Position numbers and translations under genes: made by a program. 34,520 bases of DNA from Myxococcota bacterium (GTDB lineage Bacteria; Myxococcota; XYA12-FULL-58-9; JALHOP01), in the NCBI GenBank assembly GCA_041288095.1, contig JBGGMJ010000148.1, positions 1-34,520 on the forward strand. Reading direction: 5' to 3'. Shown here one piece after another: positions 1 to 8,982 of this stretch (positions are counted from its first letter, which is position 1; each line of letters opens with the position of its first letter). A model generated the notes under the pieces. That model saw only the letters and a program-made list of their open reading frames with translations, ran no database searches and was not told the origin of the DNA.

Positions 1-2
1 CC

Positions 3-68
3 AACATCCCGCGTCCCGCGCCAGGTCATGGCGGCGGTGAGCGCGGTGGTCGTGGGGGCCGTCGCTAA
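3..68 (+). CDS. Probable C-terminal fragment of a gene entering the window (…NIPRPAPGHGGGERGGRGGRR*)
   Basis: Frame-3 reading ends at TAA 66-68 with a Gly/Arg-rich tail. Frame 1 (stop 139-141) is an alternative; product not identifiable. Confidence 0.3.
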   Translation, partial: NIPRPAPGHGGGERGGRGGRR

Positions 69-148
69 ACGCGCCGCATCCACATTGGTGCCGGTCGCCT
101 CGTCCGCCAAAATGGACGAGGCGGCCGTCACCAATCGATGAGCCGCGT

Positions 149-766
149 TCAGATCTCGAGTGGTGCCTTGCGACTCGCCCAGTAGCCCTTGCCGTAGTCG
201 TAGACCAACTGCTCACCCGGCTCGATGGTCCGGTTGGTGGCCAGAAAGACGTGCCAACCGTCCTCGAGCAGCACCGAGCCCGACGCGCAGTTGGGCGCGA
301 AGGAGTGGTTCGCGAAGCGTGTGTGATTGCCGGCGGGCTCGGCGTCGATGAAGGCCTGCGCCATGTCGCCGTCATGCATGAACGGTCCCAGAAGCCCGAG
401 CACGAAGAGGTAACCGTTGCGCTCGCTCAAGCCCTGCACGTCGGTCTGCGGCACCACCACGATGCGGCCGGTGTACTCGCCGACGAAGGTTCCTGGTCGA
501 ATCGTCTCGGCCGCGAACAGGCCGTCGCCGGCATCCCCGGCCGAGCGGACCTCGGTCGCGGGGTGCTTCCGCAGAGGAAGGTCGCGCATGACGCCGGTGA
601 CGATGTCGATCCGCGAAAGCGGTTTGTAGTGGAGCATCGCGAACGGAGCCGGCGGGTTCGTCTGCGACAACCGTCGAATGATGGCTTCGAGCTCGGGGCT
701 CTCGAAGAGATTGGCGGCGGCGTAGGTAAGCCCGCGCGCCGCGAAGTCTGACTCGATGTCAGGCAT
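149..766 (-). CDS. SET domain protein (putative protein-lysine methyltransferase)
   Basis: Motifs GDGLFA, GTFVGEYTG, IDA..GNHTRFANHS..PNC, GEQLVYDYG..YW. No Cys-rich post-SET region. Confidence 0.92.
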   Translation of the reverse strand: MPDIESDFAARGLTYAAANLFESPELEAIIRRLSQTNPPAPFAMLHYKPLSRIDIVTGVMRDLPLRKHPATEVRSAGDAGDGLFAAETIRPGTFVGEYTGRIVVVPQTDVQGLSERNGYLFVLGLLGPFMHDGDMAQAFIDAEPAGNHTRFANHSFAPNCASGSVLLEDGWHVFLATNRTIEPGEQLVYDYGKGYWASRKAPLEI

Positions 767-793
767 TGGTCAGGCCGTCTCCACGGGGCCGAC

Positions 794-801
794 GCCGATA
801 A
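794..801 (+). promoter_or_regulatory. sigma28-like -10 box GCCGATAA
   Basis: Exact match to the FliA -10 consensus, 22 nt before ATG 824. No clear -35 box. Confidence 0.55.
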
Positions 802-823
802 CTGGGCCCCGGAGAGATCTATC

Positions 824-1810
824 ATGGCTGGAATCCAAGCACTTCGCGAGGTTGATGGTCGAGGAACGGCAATCGAGAGCGTCGACGCTCCGTTCGTGAC
901 CCCTAGCGCGCCCGCGGTCCCAACCGACGGCATCGATATGCAAGGGCGTGGGCGCCTGCTCCCCGTTGGTGAAGGCCTGTCCGAGGTGCACGTGACCGGC
1001 GCTTTGCTCGCGCAGGCAGCCGTGGGTCCGAATGTCGACAGCATGCGCAACGTGCTCCGGCGATATCGGGCCATGGTCGCCGCCCTCGGCGACGGCACTC
1101 CGTCCGCGTTGATGGCCGCCTCGTGGAACGACCGTGACCGGGCCGTAGCCGCGTACGGTGAATACCTCGCGGGCCAACGTGTCGGCGTTCCCCAGGCCGC
1201 GCTGCTCACCGCGACGGGCGTCGAGCGCAACGTGGATATCGGTACGGCGCTGGCCGCCTACCGATCATTTGTCCGCTACGACAGAGTATCACCCAATGCC
1301 GCGGCCATGCTCGCCATCGCGCAGGTACGCACCGGCACGGATATCGATGCCGTCTACCGCCGCTACAGCCGATTCCTCGATAGCGGACGCTCGCAAACCG
1401 CCGCCGCCGCGCTCGCGGCCGCCGAGATCGAGAGCGGCGACTTGGACAGCTTCAATGGACTTTCTCAGCGTTTACGTAGCTCCGGCTTCCAAGCCGATGA
1501 CGACGCCATCATCGCATCCGCGATGCTGCGTCACGGCCGGTCCAATACGGTGGTCGCCTCGCTGCACAACACCCACTTCAAGGACCGTGGCGTTCCACCG
1601 TCGGTACGCGCGTCGTTGGTTGCCGCGGGTGTCGCCAGTGATCGCTCGAGCAGTCAAATGTTCGCCGCCTACGACTGGTTTCACAGGAACGGCGAGGTCC
1701 CAGAGGCGCACGCGGTCATGTTGGCTGCGAGCTGGGCGATGCCGGCGGGCGACGGCGCGGGCGTGATGACCACCATCGCGCTCCGCAATAGCGATATGCG
1801 GGACGACTAA
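824..1810 (+). CDS. Hypothetical alpha-helical repeat protein (about 7 repeats of 33-35 aa)
   Basis: GGAGAG RBS; fills the gap between the SET gene and allA; recurring 'AAY..F...(G)....AA.LA.A' unit. Confidence 0.75.
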   Translation: MAGIQALREVDGRGTAIESVDAPFVTPSAPAVPTDGIDMQGRGRLLPVGEGLSEVHVTGALLAQAAVGPNVDSMRNVLRRYRAMVAALGDGTPSALMAASWNDRDRAVAAYGEYLAGQRVGVPQAALLTATGVERNVDIGTALAAYRSFVRYDRVSPNAAAMLAIAQVRTGTDIDAVYRRYSRFLDSGRSQTAAAALAAAEIESGDLDSFNGLSQRLRSSGFQADDDAIIASAMLRHGRSNTVVASLHNTHFKDRGVPPSVRASLVAAGVASDRSSSQMFAAYDWFHRNGEVPEAHAVMLAASWAMPAGDGAGVMTTIALRNSDMRDD

Positions 1811-1816
1811 GGCACG

Positions 1817-2323
1817 TCAGCGAGCGCGGATCTTCGCCACCGAGGCCGCGGAGATCGACCGCGCGTTAATGGTCTGCTCGTCGCAGTTGTTGCCGGCACC
1901 GCCCCGATCGACGACGAGGAAGTCGCTCGTCACGTCGAGCGCCAACAGCGGGTGGTGCCAGACCCCCTTGGCGTAGTTCACGCCTTGCCGGGCGCGGGCG
2001 AGAAACGCGCGGACGCGACCAGGGTCGAGCTCGCCGGCCGGCGCCACGACCACGAGATACTCGCGCTCCGAGAGCGGTACGAAGGCTTGGCTGCCGAGCG
2101 GATGGCGCTCGAGCATGGTGATGGCGATGGGGAAGGGTCTCGCCTGGCCACGAAAGACGTTGATGAGGGTGCGGCCGTCGCCGACATCGACGCGCGCGAG
2201 GTCATGGTAACGCTCGCAGGTGCCGCCGTTGATCGGGTAATGGTGCGCGCCGTCGAGCTCGATGACGTCCCCGAACTCCGCGAAAGCGGAGCGCGTGAGC
2301 GGCTCGACGAGCAGCTCGCTCAC
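1817..2323 (-). CDS. allA: Ureidoglycolate lyase
   Basis: [57 protein letters not shown]. Overlaps the alc stop by 4 nt. Confidence 0.95.
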   Translation of the reverse strand: MSELLVEPLTRSAFAEFGDVIELDGAHHYPINGGTCERYHDLARVDVGDGRTLINVFRGQARPFPIAITMLERHPLGSQAFVPLSEREYLVVVAPAGELDPGRVRAFLARARQGVNYAKGVWHHPLLALDVTSDFLVVDRGGAGNNCDEQTINARSISAASVAKIRAR

Positions 2324-3315
2324 GCCAGCTTCCCGAAGAGTCGCAGGCGGCTCACGCCTCCATCCGGGATGATGTTGAAGCGAACGTGGGTGATGGGCCC
2401 GTGCTTCTCGATCTCCGTGGAGAAGTAGAGCTGCTTGTCCGCGGCGAGCTTCTGCTCTGGGAGGAGGACCGGCCAGAACATGCTCTGAGTGATGATCGAC
2501 TGATCGGTGCCGCTCGTGATGTTGGCGGCCTGGATGCTACAGCGGTCGGGGAAGTTGCCCTTGTAAAAGGCGGTGTCGACCTCGATCTTCTCGACCGTGC
2601 CGGCGTGCCCCAACGCGAGGACAGACCAGTCGTTGCCGGGCTCGCGACGCCGCCGCGTTTCCCAGCCATCGCCCATGTTGATGCCGCGGCCGGGGAGCAG
2701 GAGCTGCTCGGGCATGTTGTAGTGCGCGTCGTTCCAGCCGACCGCGCGGCCGCCGTTCTCGAGCGCGACGAGATCGTACACCGCGCTCTTGTCGTTCTTC
2801 GACCAGTCCTTGTGCACGTCTCCGTAGACGCGCAGACGGGCAACACCTCCGTCGGGGAAGATGTTGAGGCGCACGTGCGTCCACACTCCGCTATTGTCGA
2901 CAGCGGCGTAGTTGTGTGACGTGCCTTTCAAGGGGATGGCCGGCAGCACCTCGGTCCACACCGTATTGGCGTCGGGTGCGCCCGAGACGTTCGCCGCCTC
3001 GAGCGACGCCGCCGGCGGATAGTTACCCGTGAAGTGGCTGGTGTCGACGTCGACGCCGCGGATGCGTCCGGCGACACCGAGCTTGACCACGCACCAGTCG
3101 TGGCCGGCGACGCGCTTGCGGCGCGACTCCCAACCGTCCATCCACTTGCCGTTGTCGTCGTATTTGCCCGGGATGAACACGGCCGGCTCGTTCTGGAGCA
3201 TGCGGTTCATCTCGGCGAAGAAATCGTCGGAGCAGGCTACGGCTTTGGCGCCGAGACGCGCCTGCGCCAAGTTCGTGTAGCGGGTGAAGCTGGGCAGCGT
3301 CGGATCTGGTTGCAT
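2320..3315 (-). CDS. alc: Allantoicase
   Basis: Two allantoicase repeats: [64 protein letters not shown]. Confidence 0.97.
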   Translation of the reverse strand: MQPDPTLPSFTRYTNLAQARLGAKAVACSDDFFAEMNRMLQNEPAVFIPGKYDDNGKWMDGWESRRKRVAGHDWCVVKLGVAGRIRGVDVDTSHFTGNYPPAASLEAANVSGAPDANTVWTEVLPAIPLKGTSHNYAAVDNSGVWTHVRLNIFPDGGVARLRVYGDVHKDWSKNDKSAVYDLVALENGGRAVGWNDAHYNMPEQLLLPGRGINMGDGWETRRRREPGNDWSVLALGHAGTVEKIEVDTAFYKGNFPDRCSIQAANITSGTDQSIITQSMFWPVLLPEQKLAADKQLYFSTEIEKHGPITHVRFNIIPDGGVSRLRLFGKLA

Positions 3316-3327
3316 TGGGGGTCCTGG

Positions 3328-3846
3328 CTAACTTTCGTCGACGAGATCTTGGAGGCGGAAGGAAGCGATCTTGGCAATCTGCGTGAGGCACTCGCGCATC
3401 TCGACGTCGCGCGACGAGCTCAACCGACGCGCGAAGTTGTCGATGATGCTCTGCCGGTTGTGGCCCTTGACCGCGAGGATGAAGGGGAAGCCGAACTTGG
3501 CGTTGTAGTCGCGGTTGAGCTGCTGCAAGCGCGCCATTTCATCGGCTGAGCACTCGGTGAGCCCGGCGCCGGCCTGTTCGCGATTCGAGTGTTCCGTGAG
3601 CTCTTTTCTCACCGCGGCCTTGCTGGCGAGCTCTGGGTGGGCGCGGATCAAACGCAGCTGCGCGTCCTTGCCGGCTTCGTCGACGGCGTTGACCATGGCG
3701 GAGTGCAGCGCATCGAGAGTCGCGAACGGGCGCTCCGCGAAAGCGGACTTGGCCACCCATGGTGAGTGTTCGAAAACACCGCCCAAGGCGCTGACGAAGT
3801 CCGGCTCCGACATCTCGGAGAGCTCGCGCAAACCGTAGCGTTTCAT
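3328..3846 (-). CDS. uraD: OHCU decarboxylase
   Basis: FEHSPWVA, LIRAHPELA, S.REQAGAGL, Y.AKFGFPFILAVKG, KIASFRL. Start set at ATG 3846 (MKRYGL…), not the 305-aa ORF start. Confidence 0.94.
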   Translation of the reverse strand: MKRYGLRELSEMSEPDFVSALGGVFEHSPWVAKSAFAERPFATLDALHSAMVNAVDEAGKDAQLRLIRAHPELASKAAVRKELTEHSNREQAGAGLTECSADEMARLQQLNRDYNAKFGFPFILAVKGHNRQSIIDNFARRLSSSRDVEMRECLTQIAKIASFRLQDLVDES

Positions 3847-3850
3847 CCCG

Positions 3851-3885
3851 TCTTCTATGACAAACAGATAACCCCCGACGCAAAT
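3851..3885 (-). promoter_or_regulatory. Purine-operon upstream element, copy 1 (ATTTGCGT-N11-TGTTTG-N2-ATAGAAGA)
   Basis: Same anchors and spacing as 5259-5293; ends 4 nt before the uraD ATG. Confidence 0.7.
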
Positions 3886-3916
3886 GGCGGGTACTTCCAG
3901 GACCGACGAGGGACCC

Positions 3917-4360
3917 ATGGACATCCAAGGAAAGCCGATACTTCCACCCGCCACCGCTAATTCGGTGAACACCGACCCGGCGGTGGATAAAGCCGCCGAA
4001 GCTGCTCCGCCACCTGCTCCTGACCAGTTCAAGCCACCGAACAACGAGGCGCCGCCTCCCGCTCCCCCGCCACCCCCCGCCGGGCTGCCTGTCGCCGGAC
4101 CTAACGTCGAGCCCAATGTCCTCGAGGACGGCCGGCGCATCTTGCGCGAGGCGATCGAAGACGACGACACCGACGACCTCGCGCGATTCTTGCGCGAGCT
4201 GCGCAACAACAACTCACCGACCGTCGTGCGCGGCGTCGCGATCATGCTGTTTCAAGAAGCCGGCCAGCAGCACGACAAGGGCGGCATGAGCACCGAGCTC
4301 TTTCTGAAGATCAAGGAGCTCATCGACACGACGCTTCGGGGCGTGCCGCCAACCATTTAA
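3917..4360 (+). CDS. Hypothetical protein with Pro-rich N-terminus and small helical C-domain, antisense within the purine operon
   Basis: GAGGGA RBS before ATG 3917 (alternative GTG 3965 lies downstream of GCCGATAC 3934-3941). Its stop overlaps the puuE stop (TTAA). Confidence 0.7.
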   Translation: MDIQGKPILPPATANSVNTDPAVDKAAEAAPPPAPDQFKPPNNEAPPPAPPPPPAGLPVAGPNVEPNVLEDGRRILREAIEDDDTDDLARFLRELRNNNSPTVVRGVAIMLFQEAGQQHDKGGMSTELFLKIKELIDTTLRGVPPTI

Positions 4361-5253
4361 GCAGGATGCCGCGCGGCCCAATGTCGCGCGATGTCCACGC
4401 GCCGGCAGATCCAGACCCGATCGTGCGCCTCGAGATGATCGAGGAAGCGCTGCAGTGCGCGAAAGCGGGCAGGGCGGCCGACGATGCGGCAGTGCAAGCC
4501 GATCGAGAGCATCTTGGGGGCTTCGTCCCCCTCGGCGTAGAGCACGTCGAACGCATCACGTAGGTAGGCGAAGAACTGGTCGCCCGAGTTGAAGCCCTGC
4601 GCCGTGGCGAAGCGCATGTCGTTGGTGTCGAGGGTGTACGGCACGACGAGGTGCTGCTTGCCGCTGACGGTGGTCCAATAGGGAAGGTCGTCGGCGTACG
4701 AGTCCGAGTCGTAGAGAAACCCGCCGTGCTCGACGACGAGCTTGCGCGTCTGGGGACTATCGCGGCCGGTGTACCAGCCGAGCGGGGCCTCGCCGGTGAT
4801 CCGTTTTAGCGTAGCGACGGCCTCCTGCAGGTGTTGGCGCTCGGTCGCTTCGTCCATGTTCTGGTAGCTGATCCAGCGCAGGCCGTGGCTCGCGATCTCG
4901 TGCTTCGCTTCGACGAACGCGCGCACCACGTCGGGGTGGCGCTCCATCGCCATGGCGACCCCGAAGACGGTGAGCGGGAGCTTGCGCGTCTCGAACTCGC
5001 GCAAGATGCGCCAAACACCGGCGCGGCTGCCGTATTCGTACATGCTCTCCATGCTCATGTGGCGCATGGGGAAGGCCTGGGCGCCGATGATCTCGGAGAG
5101 GAAGGTTTCGGAGGCCGGGTCACCGTGCAGGACGTTGTTCTCGCCGCCCTCTTCGTAGTTGAGGACGAATTGGACCGCGACACGCGCCCGCCCGGGCCAG
5201 TCAGCGTACGGGGGGCGGCGGCCGTAGCCTTCGAGATCGCGCGGGTACGTCAT
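4357..5253 (-). CDS. puuE: Allantoinase PuuE (polysaccharide-deacetylase fold)
   Basis: [68 protein letters not shown]. Confidence 0.97.
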   Translation of the reverse strand: MTYPRDLEGYGRRPPYADWPGRARVAVQFVLNYEEGGENNVLHGDPASETFLSEIIGAQAFPMRHMSMESMYEYGSRAGVWRILREFETRKLPLTVFGVAMAMERHPDVVRAFVEAKHEIASHGLRWISYQNMDEATERQHLQEAVATLKRITGEAPLGWYTGRDSPQTRKLVVEHGGFLYDSDSYADDLPYWTTVSGKQHLVVPYTLDTNDMRFATAQGFNSGDQFFAYLRDAFDVLYAEGDEAPKMLSIGLHCRIVGRPARFRALQRFLDHLEAHDRVWICRRVDIARHWAARHPA

Positions 5254-5258
5254 CACTC

Positions 5259-5293
5259 TCTTCTATTGCAAACACCACCCGCCTCACGCAAAT
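5259..5293 (-). promoter_or_regulatory. Purine-operon upstream element, copy 2, in the divergent puuE/uraH intergenic region
   Basis: TCTTCTAT-tg-CAAACA-N11-ACGCAAAT on the + strand, matching 3851-3885. Confidence 0.7.
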
Positions 5294-5306
5294 ACCCCAA
5301 GCTACG

Positions 5307-5657
5307 ATGGGACGCCTGACCACACACGTCTTGGATACCGCTCACGGCAGGCCGGGCGCCGGCATCGAGGTCGAGCTGTACGCCGTCGAAGGTGGACGCC
5401 GTCTGCTCAAGAAGACACGCACCAACGCCGACGGCCGTTGCGACGCGCCGCTCCTCGAGGGTGACGAGATGGGCGTGGGACGCTACGAGCTCGTCTTCCA
5501 CGCCGGCAACTACTTCGCCGCGCAAGGTGTGCAGGTGCCCGAGCCGCGCTTCGTCGACAAAGTCACGCTGGCGTTCGGTATCGCGGACCCATCCGGCCAC
5601 TACCATGTACCGCTGCTCGTTTCGCCCTGGAGTTACACCACGTACCGCGGGAGCTGA
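5307..5657 (+). CDS. uraH: 5-hydroxyisourate hydrolase (transthyretin-like)
   Basis: [38 protein letters not shown] (terminal YRGS signature). Confidence 0.97.
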   Translation: MGRLTTHVLDTAHGRPGAGIEVELYAVEGGRRLLKKTRTNADGRCDAPLLEGDEMGVGRYELVFHAGNYFAAQGVQVPEPRFVDKVTLAFGIADPSGHYHVPLLVSPWSYTTYRGS

Positions 5658-5660
5658 GAC

Positions 5661-6929
5661 ATGGGTGCCTACCTCCTCGACTGGGCAGCGATGCTCACCC
5701 GCTGGCTGCACTTCATCGCCGGCGTGGCCTGGATCGGCGCCTCCTTCTACTTCATCTGGCTCGACAACAGCTTGAAGGCACCGACCGATCCCGACCTGCA
5801 GAAGAAGGGCGTGTCGGGTGAGCTCTGGGCCGTCCACGGTGGCGGCTTCTACAATCCGCAAAAGTACATGGTGGCGCCGGCGACGCTGCCGGCCGACCTG
5901 CACTGGTTCAAGTGGGAGGCCTACACCACGTGGATCAGCGGCTTCCTGCTGCTCACCTGGGTCTACTACTTCAACGCCAGCGCTTACCTCGTCGATCAGA
6001 ATGTGCTCGCCATGTCGCCCGGCACCGCTATCGGCATCTCACTGGGCGTGCTGGCCTTCGGCTGGGTCATCTACGACGTCATGTGCCGCGTGTTCGGTAA
6101 AGCGGACAAGGCGCTCGCCATTTTCGGCTTCGTCCTGCTCATCGTCGCGGCGTGGGGGCTAGCGAAAGTCTTCAACGCGCGCGCCGCCTATCTGCACGTC
6201 GGCGCGATGATCGGCACCATGATGGCGGCGAACGTCCTCATGGTGATCATCCCCGGCCAGCGCCGCGTGGTCGAAGCCATGAAGCGCGGCGAGAAGCCCA
6301 ATCCCGAGGACGGCCGCCGCGCCAAGCAGCGCTCGGTGCACAACAACTACCTGACGCTACCGGTGCTCTTCATCATGGTGAGCAACCACTTCCCCATGAC
6401 CTACCAGCACCCGCGCGCCTGGTTGGTGCTCGCGGTCATCATGGTGGCGGCGGTGATGATCCGGCACTTCTTCAATCTGCGGCACAAGGGCAAGGTGGTC
6501 ATCGCGCTGCCGCTCACCGCCGCGGGGTTGTTCCTCGCGCTCATCATCGCCATGGCTCCGAGTCAGGACGCCGAAGCGGACGTGGGTCCGCCGCCGACCC
6601 TCGAAGAGGTGCACTCGGTGATTGGCCTGCGTTGCGCGCGTTGCCACGCCAAGAAGCCGAGCTTCCCCGGACTCCTCGTTGCTCCTCAAGGTCTCATCTT
6701 CGAGGACGCCGCCGTCATCGAGGCAAACCACGAGCGCATCTACAAGCAGGTGGTCGAGACCGAGGCGATGCCCCAGGGCAACATCACCAAGATGACCGAG
6801 GACGAGCGCAACCTCATCGGCCGCTGGTGCCGTTACATGAAGAACCGTAAGCCGGGCGAGGCTGTCCCACCGCCGCCGACGGATGCGCCGCCCGCTCCGG
6901 GAGAACAGCCCCAGCCAGCGGGCGACTAG
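5661..6929 (+). CDS. puuD: Membrane urate hydroxylase PuuD with C-terminal cytochrome c
   Basis: RWLH.IAG.AWIGASFYF, WAVHGGGFY, LHWFKWEAY.TW.SG, RSVHNNYLTLPVLFIMVSNH, heme motif CARCH, MPQGN.T.MT..ER. Confidence 0.95.
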   Translation: MGAYLLDWAAMLTRWLHFIAGVAWIGASFYFIWLDNSLKAPTDPDLQKKGVSGELWAVHGGGFYNPQKYMVAPATLPADLHWFKWEAYTTWISGFLLLTWVYYFNASAYLVDQNVLAMSPGTAIGISLGVLAFGWVIYDVMCRVFGKADKALAIFGFVLLIVAAWGLAKVFNARAAYLHVGAMIGTMMAANVLMVIIPGQRRVVEAMKRGEKPNPEDGRRAKQRSVHNNYLTLPVLFIMVSNHFPMTYQHPRAWLVLAVIMVAAVMIRHFFNLRHKGKVVIALPLTAAGLFLALIIAMAPSQDAEADVGPPPTLEEVHSVIGLRCARCHAKKPSFPGLLVAPQGLIFEDAAVIEANHERIYKQVVETEAMPQGNITKMTEDERNLIGRWCRYMKNRKPGEAVPPPPTDAPPAPGEQPQPAGD

Positions 6930-7528
6930 CGCAACGAGACGCCGCCGCCGCCGGGCTTCAGGCCGTCGCCACGGAGCGGCGCTTGCGGGGCGATGCCGCG
7001 GGCGGCCTCGCGACCTGGCTCCTCGCCAGTCACGTCGGTGGCACGGAGGCTCGCGGGGGGCGTGAAAGTCACCCAGCGCGGCATCTGGCTCGTGAGGTTG
7101 GCCGCTGCCTCGCCGGGTTGCATCGGACGGCTGCCCGAGTCGAAGACGCGACCGTTCTGATTCTCCACCAAGTACGCATGCTCCGAGCGCAGCAGCTCAC
7201 CTTGCGGTGAGACGATGTGGCGCCAGATGTCGACGTAGTAGCGCCCGTCGTCGCGGAGCTGCCAATCTTCGGCGATGATCTGAGTGTTGCCGCCGTGGAA
7301 CTGGCCGGCGGTATCGACGAAGCCGAACTGTCCGGCGAAGTAACGCTGATGGGTGCCGTCACGTGACCCCTCGGTCTGCTCGATCCCCTTGTAGGTTCCG
7401 AACTGGCCGTAGTCGGCCAAGGTGCCGTGGCTTGCGATGTTGGCGAGCGCGGTTTCCCAGCCGGCCGGCGCGACGGCCGGAGCTTCGTTGCGGGGCAGGG
7501 GGCTCACTGCGGAAATGGGGCTGGCCAT
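6926..7528 (-). CDS. Hypothetical protein with beta-rich core
   Basis: AAGGAG RBS; Ala/Pro/Ser N-terminus; stop overlaps the puuD stop (CTAG). Confidence 0.75.
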   Translation of the reverse strand: MASPISAVSPLPRNEAPAVAPAGWETALANIASHGTLADYGQFGTYKGIEQTEGSRDGTHQRYFAGQFGFVDTAGQFHGGNTQIIAEDWQLRDDGRYYVDIWRHIVSPQGELLRSEHAYLVENQNGRVFDSGSRPMQPGEAAANLTSQMPRWVTFTPPASLRATDVTGEEPGREAARGIAPQAPLRGDGLKPGGGGVSLR

Positions 7529-7553
7529 GGCGGTCTCCTTCGGGTGGACCGCC

Positions 7554-7581
7554 TTATCGACCGCTGCTCCCCAAAGGTTGC
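7554..7581 (-). promoter_or_regulatory. sigma28-like promoter GCAAC-N15-GTCGATAA
   Basis: Both boxes present, 25 nt upstream of ATG 7528. Confidence 0.7.
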
Positions 7582-7589
7582 GAGCCGAC

Positions 7590-8900
7590 CTAGCCGCCTA
7601 TGTCACGTAGCAGCCGTACTTCCGCCGCCGCGAGGTCCTTGGCGACGCGCTTGCCGAGCTGGGCACGCTCGCGCGCCGTGAGGAAGGCCCCGTCGACCGA
7701 ATTCTGGATGAGCTGCTCGACATCGCCGAGCGTCAGCTGGTCGAAGATGGTGAGCAGGCGCTCGAACTCCTTGCTCAGGGTGATGCCGGAGATCGCCGGG
7801 TTGTCGGTGCAGAGCGCGACCAGCACGCCAAGCTGCAGCAAAGCGTAGATGGGATGATCGCCGAAGCTGGCGATGGCGCCGACTTGTGCGTTCGCGGTCG
7901 GACAGCATTCGAGGACCGTTCGCAGCTTGCGCGTCAGTGCGACGACCTCGGGATCCTCGAGGATGCGCGACGCGTGGCCGACGCGTGGGACCTTCAGGTC
8001 GACGATAGCGGACTTGATGCTCTCCGGGCCCGCGGACTCGCCGGCGTGGCAGGTCGCGGAAAGCGCGTCGAGTCGTGCTCCCTCGAAGGCCTCGGCGTAA
8101 GGGCCAGGTGGAAACTGCACCTCGCTGGCACTCGCGAGGTCGATGGCGACGACGCCGAAGTCTTTGTACTTCGCGGCGAGCTTGGCGACGATCGCGCCTT
8201 GGTCCACTCCGTGTTGGCGGGCGATGATGATGATGAGCCGGGCCGTGGTCTTCGTCTTGTCGACACCCTTGCGTACGCCGGCGCAGACCGCCTTGACGAT
8301 GTCTTCCATGTCGAGGCCATGAGCCGCCGCCATGAACTGAGGCGCGAAACGGATCTCGACGTGGGCGAGCTTGTCCTTCGCCGCGTCTTCGACGGTCGAG
8401 GCCGCCAACTCCTCGATGACCTTCGGGTTCTTGAGGACCCGGCCGATGACGTCGAACTTGCTGAGGTAGACGGGCAAGGTGGGGCGGTCGGCCGTCGTGA
8501 TCTGGACGTGCGGCCGGAGACCCTCGAGGTCGTTCGCCGGCAACATGATGCCGAGCTCTTTGGCGACCGAGAGCAGCCGCTCCAGCGGAATCGAGCCGTT
8601 CAGGTGGCGGTGCAGATCGATCTTCGGCATGCGCTCGGTGAACGCGCGTAGCGCTTCCGGCGGCAGCTGCGAGAGCGGGGTGAGGCGCAGCTCGGCAATG
8701 CCGCGGTCGACCGCATCCATGACGGCCTTGCCCTGAGAGCCCATGAGCTTCGCGCGCGCGGTGTCGACCTTCTCGGAAAGCCAAGGTTTTCCGCGGTTCT
8801 GCGCGACCCCGACCTTCTCGGCGCGAGGCTTGGCGCTATCGGCTACGGCCTGCCGACCGGGAGCGACAGAACTCTCCCTTATCGTCACTCGCGATGTCAC
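7590..8900 (-). CDS. add: Adenosine deaminase family protein with about 85-aa N-terminal extension
   Basis: MPKIDLHRHLNGS, EIRFAP, CHAGE, RVGHA, LECCPTAN, CTDNP (metal ligands and catalytic Glu present). Confidence 0.9.
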   Translation of the reverse strand: MTSRVTIRESSVAPGRQAVADSAKPRAEKVGVAQNRGKPWLSEKVDTARAKLMGSQGKAVMDAVDRGIAELRLTPLSQLPPEALRAFTERMPKIDLHRHLNGSIPLERLLSVAKELGIMLPANDLEGLRPHVQITTADRPTLPVYLSKFDVIGRVLKNPKVIEELAASTVEDAAKDKLAHVEIRFAPQFMAAAHGLDMEDIVKAVCAGVRKGVDKTKTTARLIIIIARQHGVDQGAIVAKLAAKYKDFGVVAIDLASASEVQFPPGPYAEAFEGARLDALSATCHAGESAGPESIKSAIVDLKVPRVGHASRILEDPEVVALTRKLRTVLECCPTANAQVGAIASFGDHPIYALLQLGVLVALCTDNPAISGITLSKEFERLLTIFDQLTLGDVEQLIQNSVDGAFLTARERAQLGKRVAKDLAAAEVRLLRDIGG

Positions 8901-8907
8901 TTCCCCT

Positions 8908-8934
8908 GTATCGGCACGTGACTCGCCGCGTTGC
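8908..8934 (-). promoter_or_regulatory. sigma28-like promoter GCAAC-N14-GCCGATAC
   Basis: Ends 7 nt before the GTG start at 8900. Confidence 0.7.
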
Positions 8935-8982
8935 TCGATTCGCCCGTAAACCTGCGTATCTGTTCAGGGACGGGCGCATGTT

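Noticed and set aside
3847..4245. Apparent 130-aa N-terminal extension or fusion on uraD (305-aa ORF)
   Set aside because: It is the antisense reading of the + strand orphan; the conserved upstream element supports ATG 3846.
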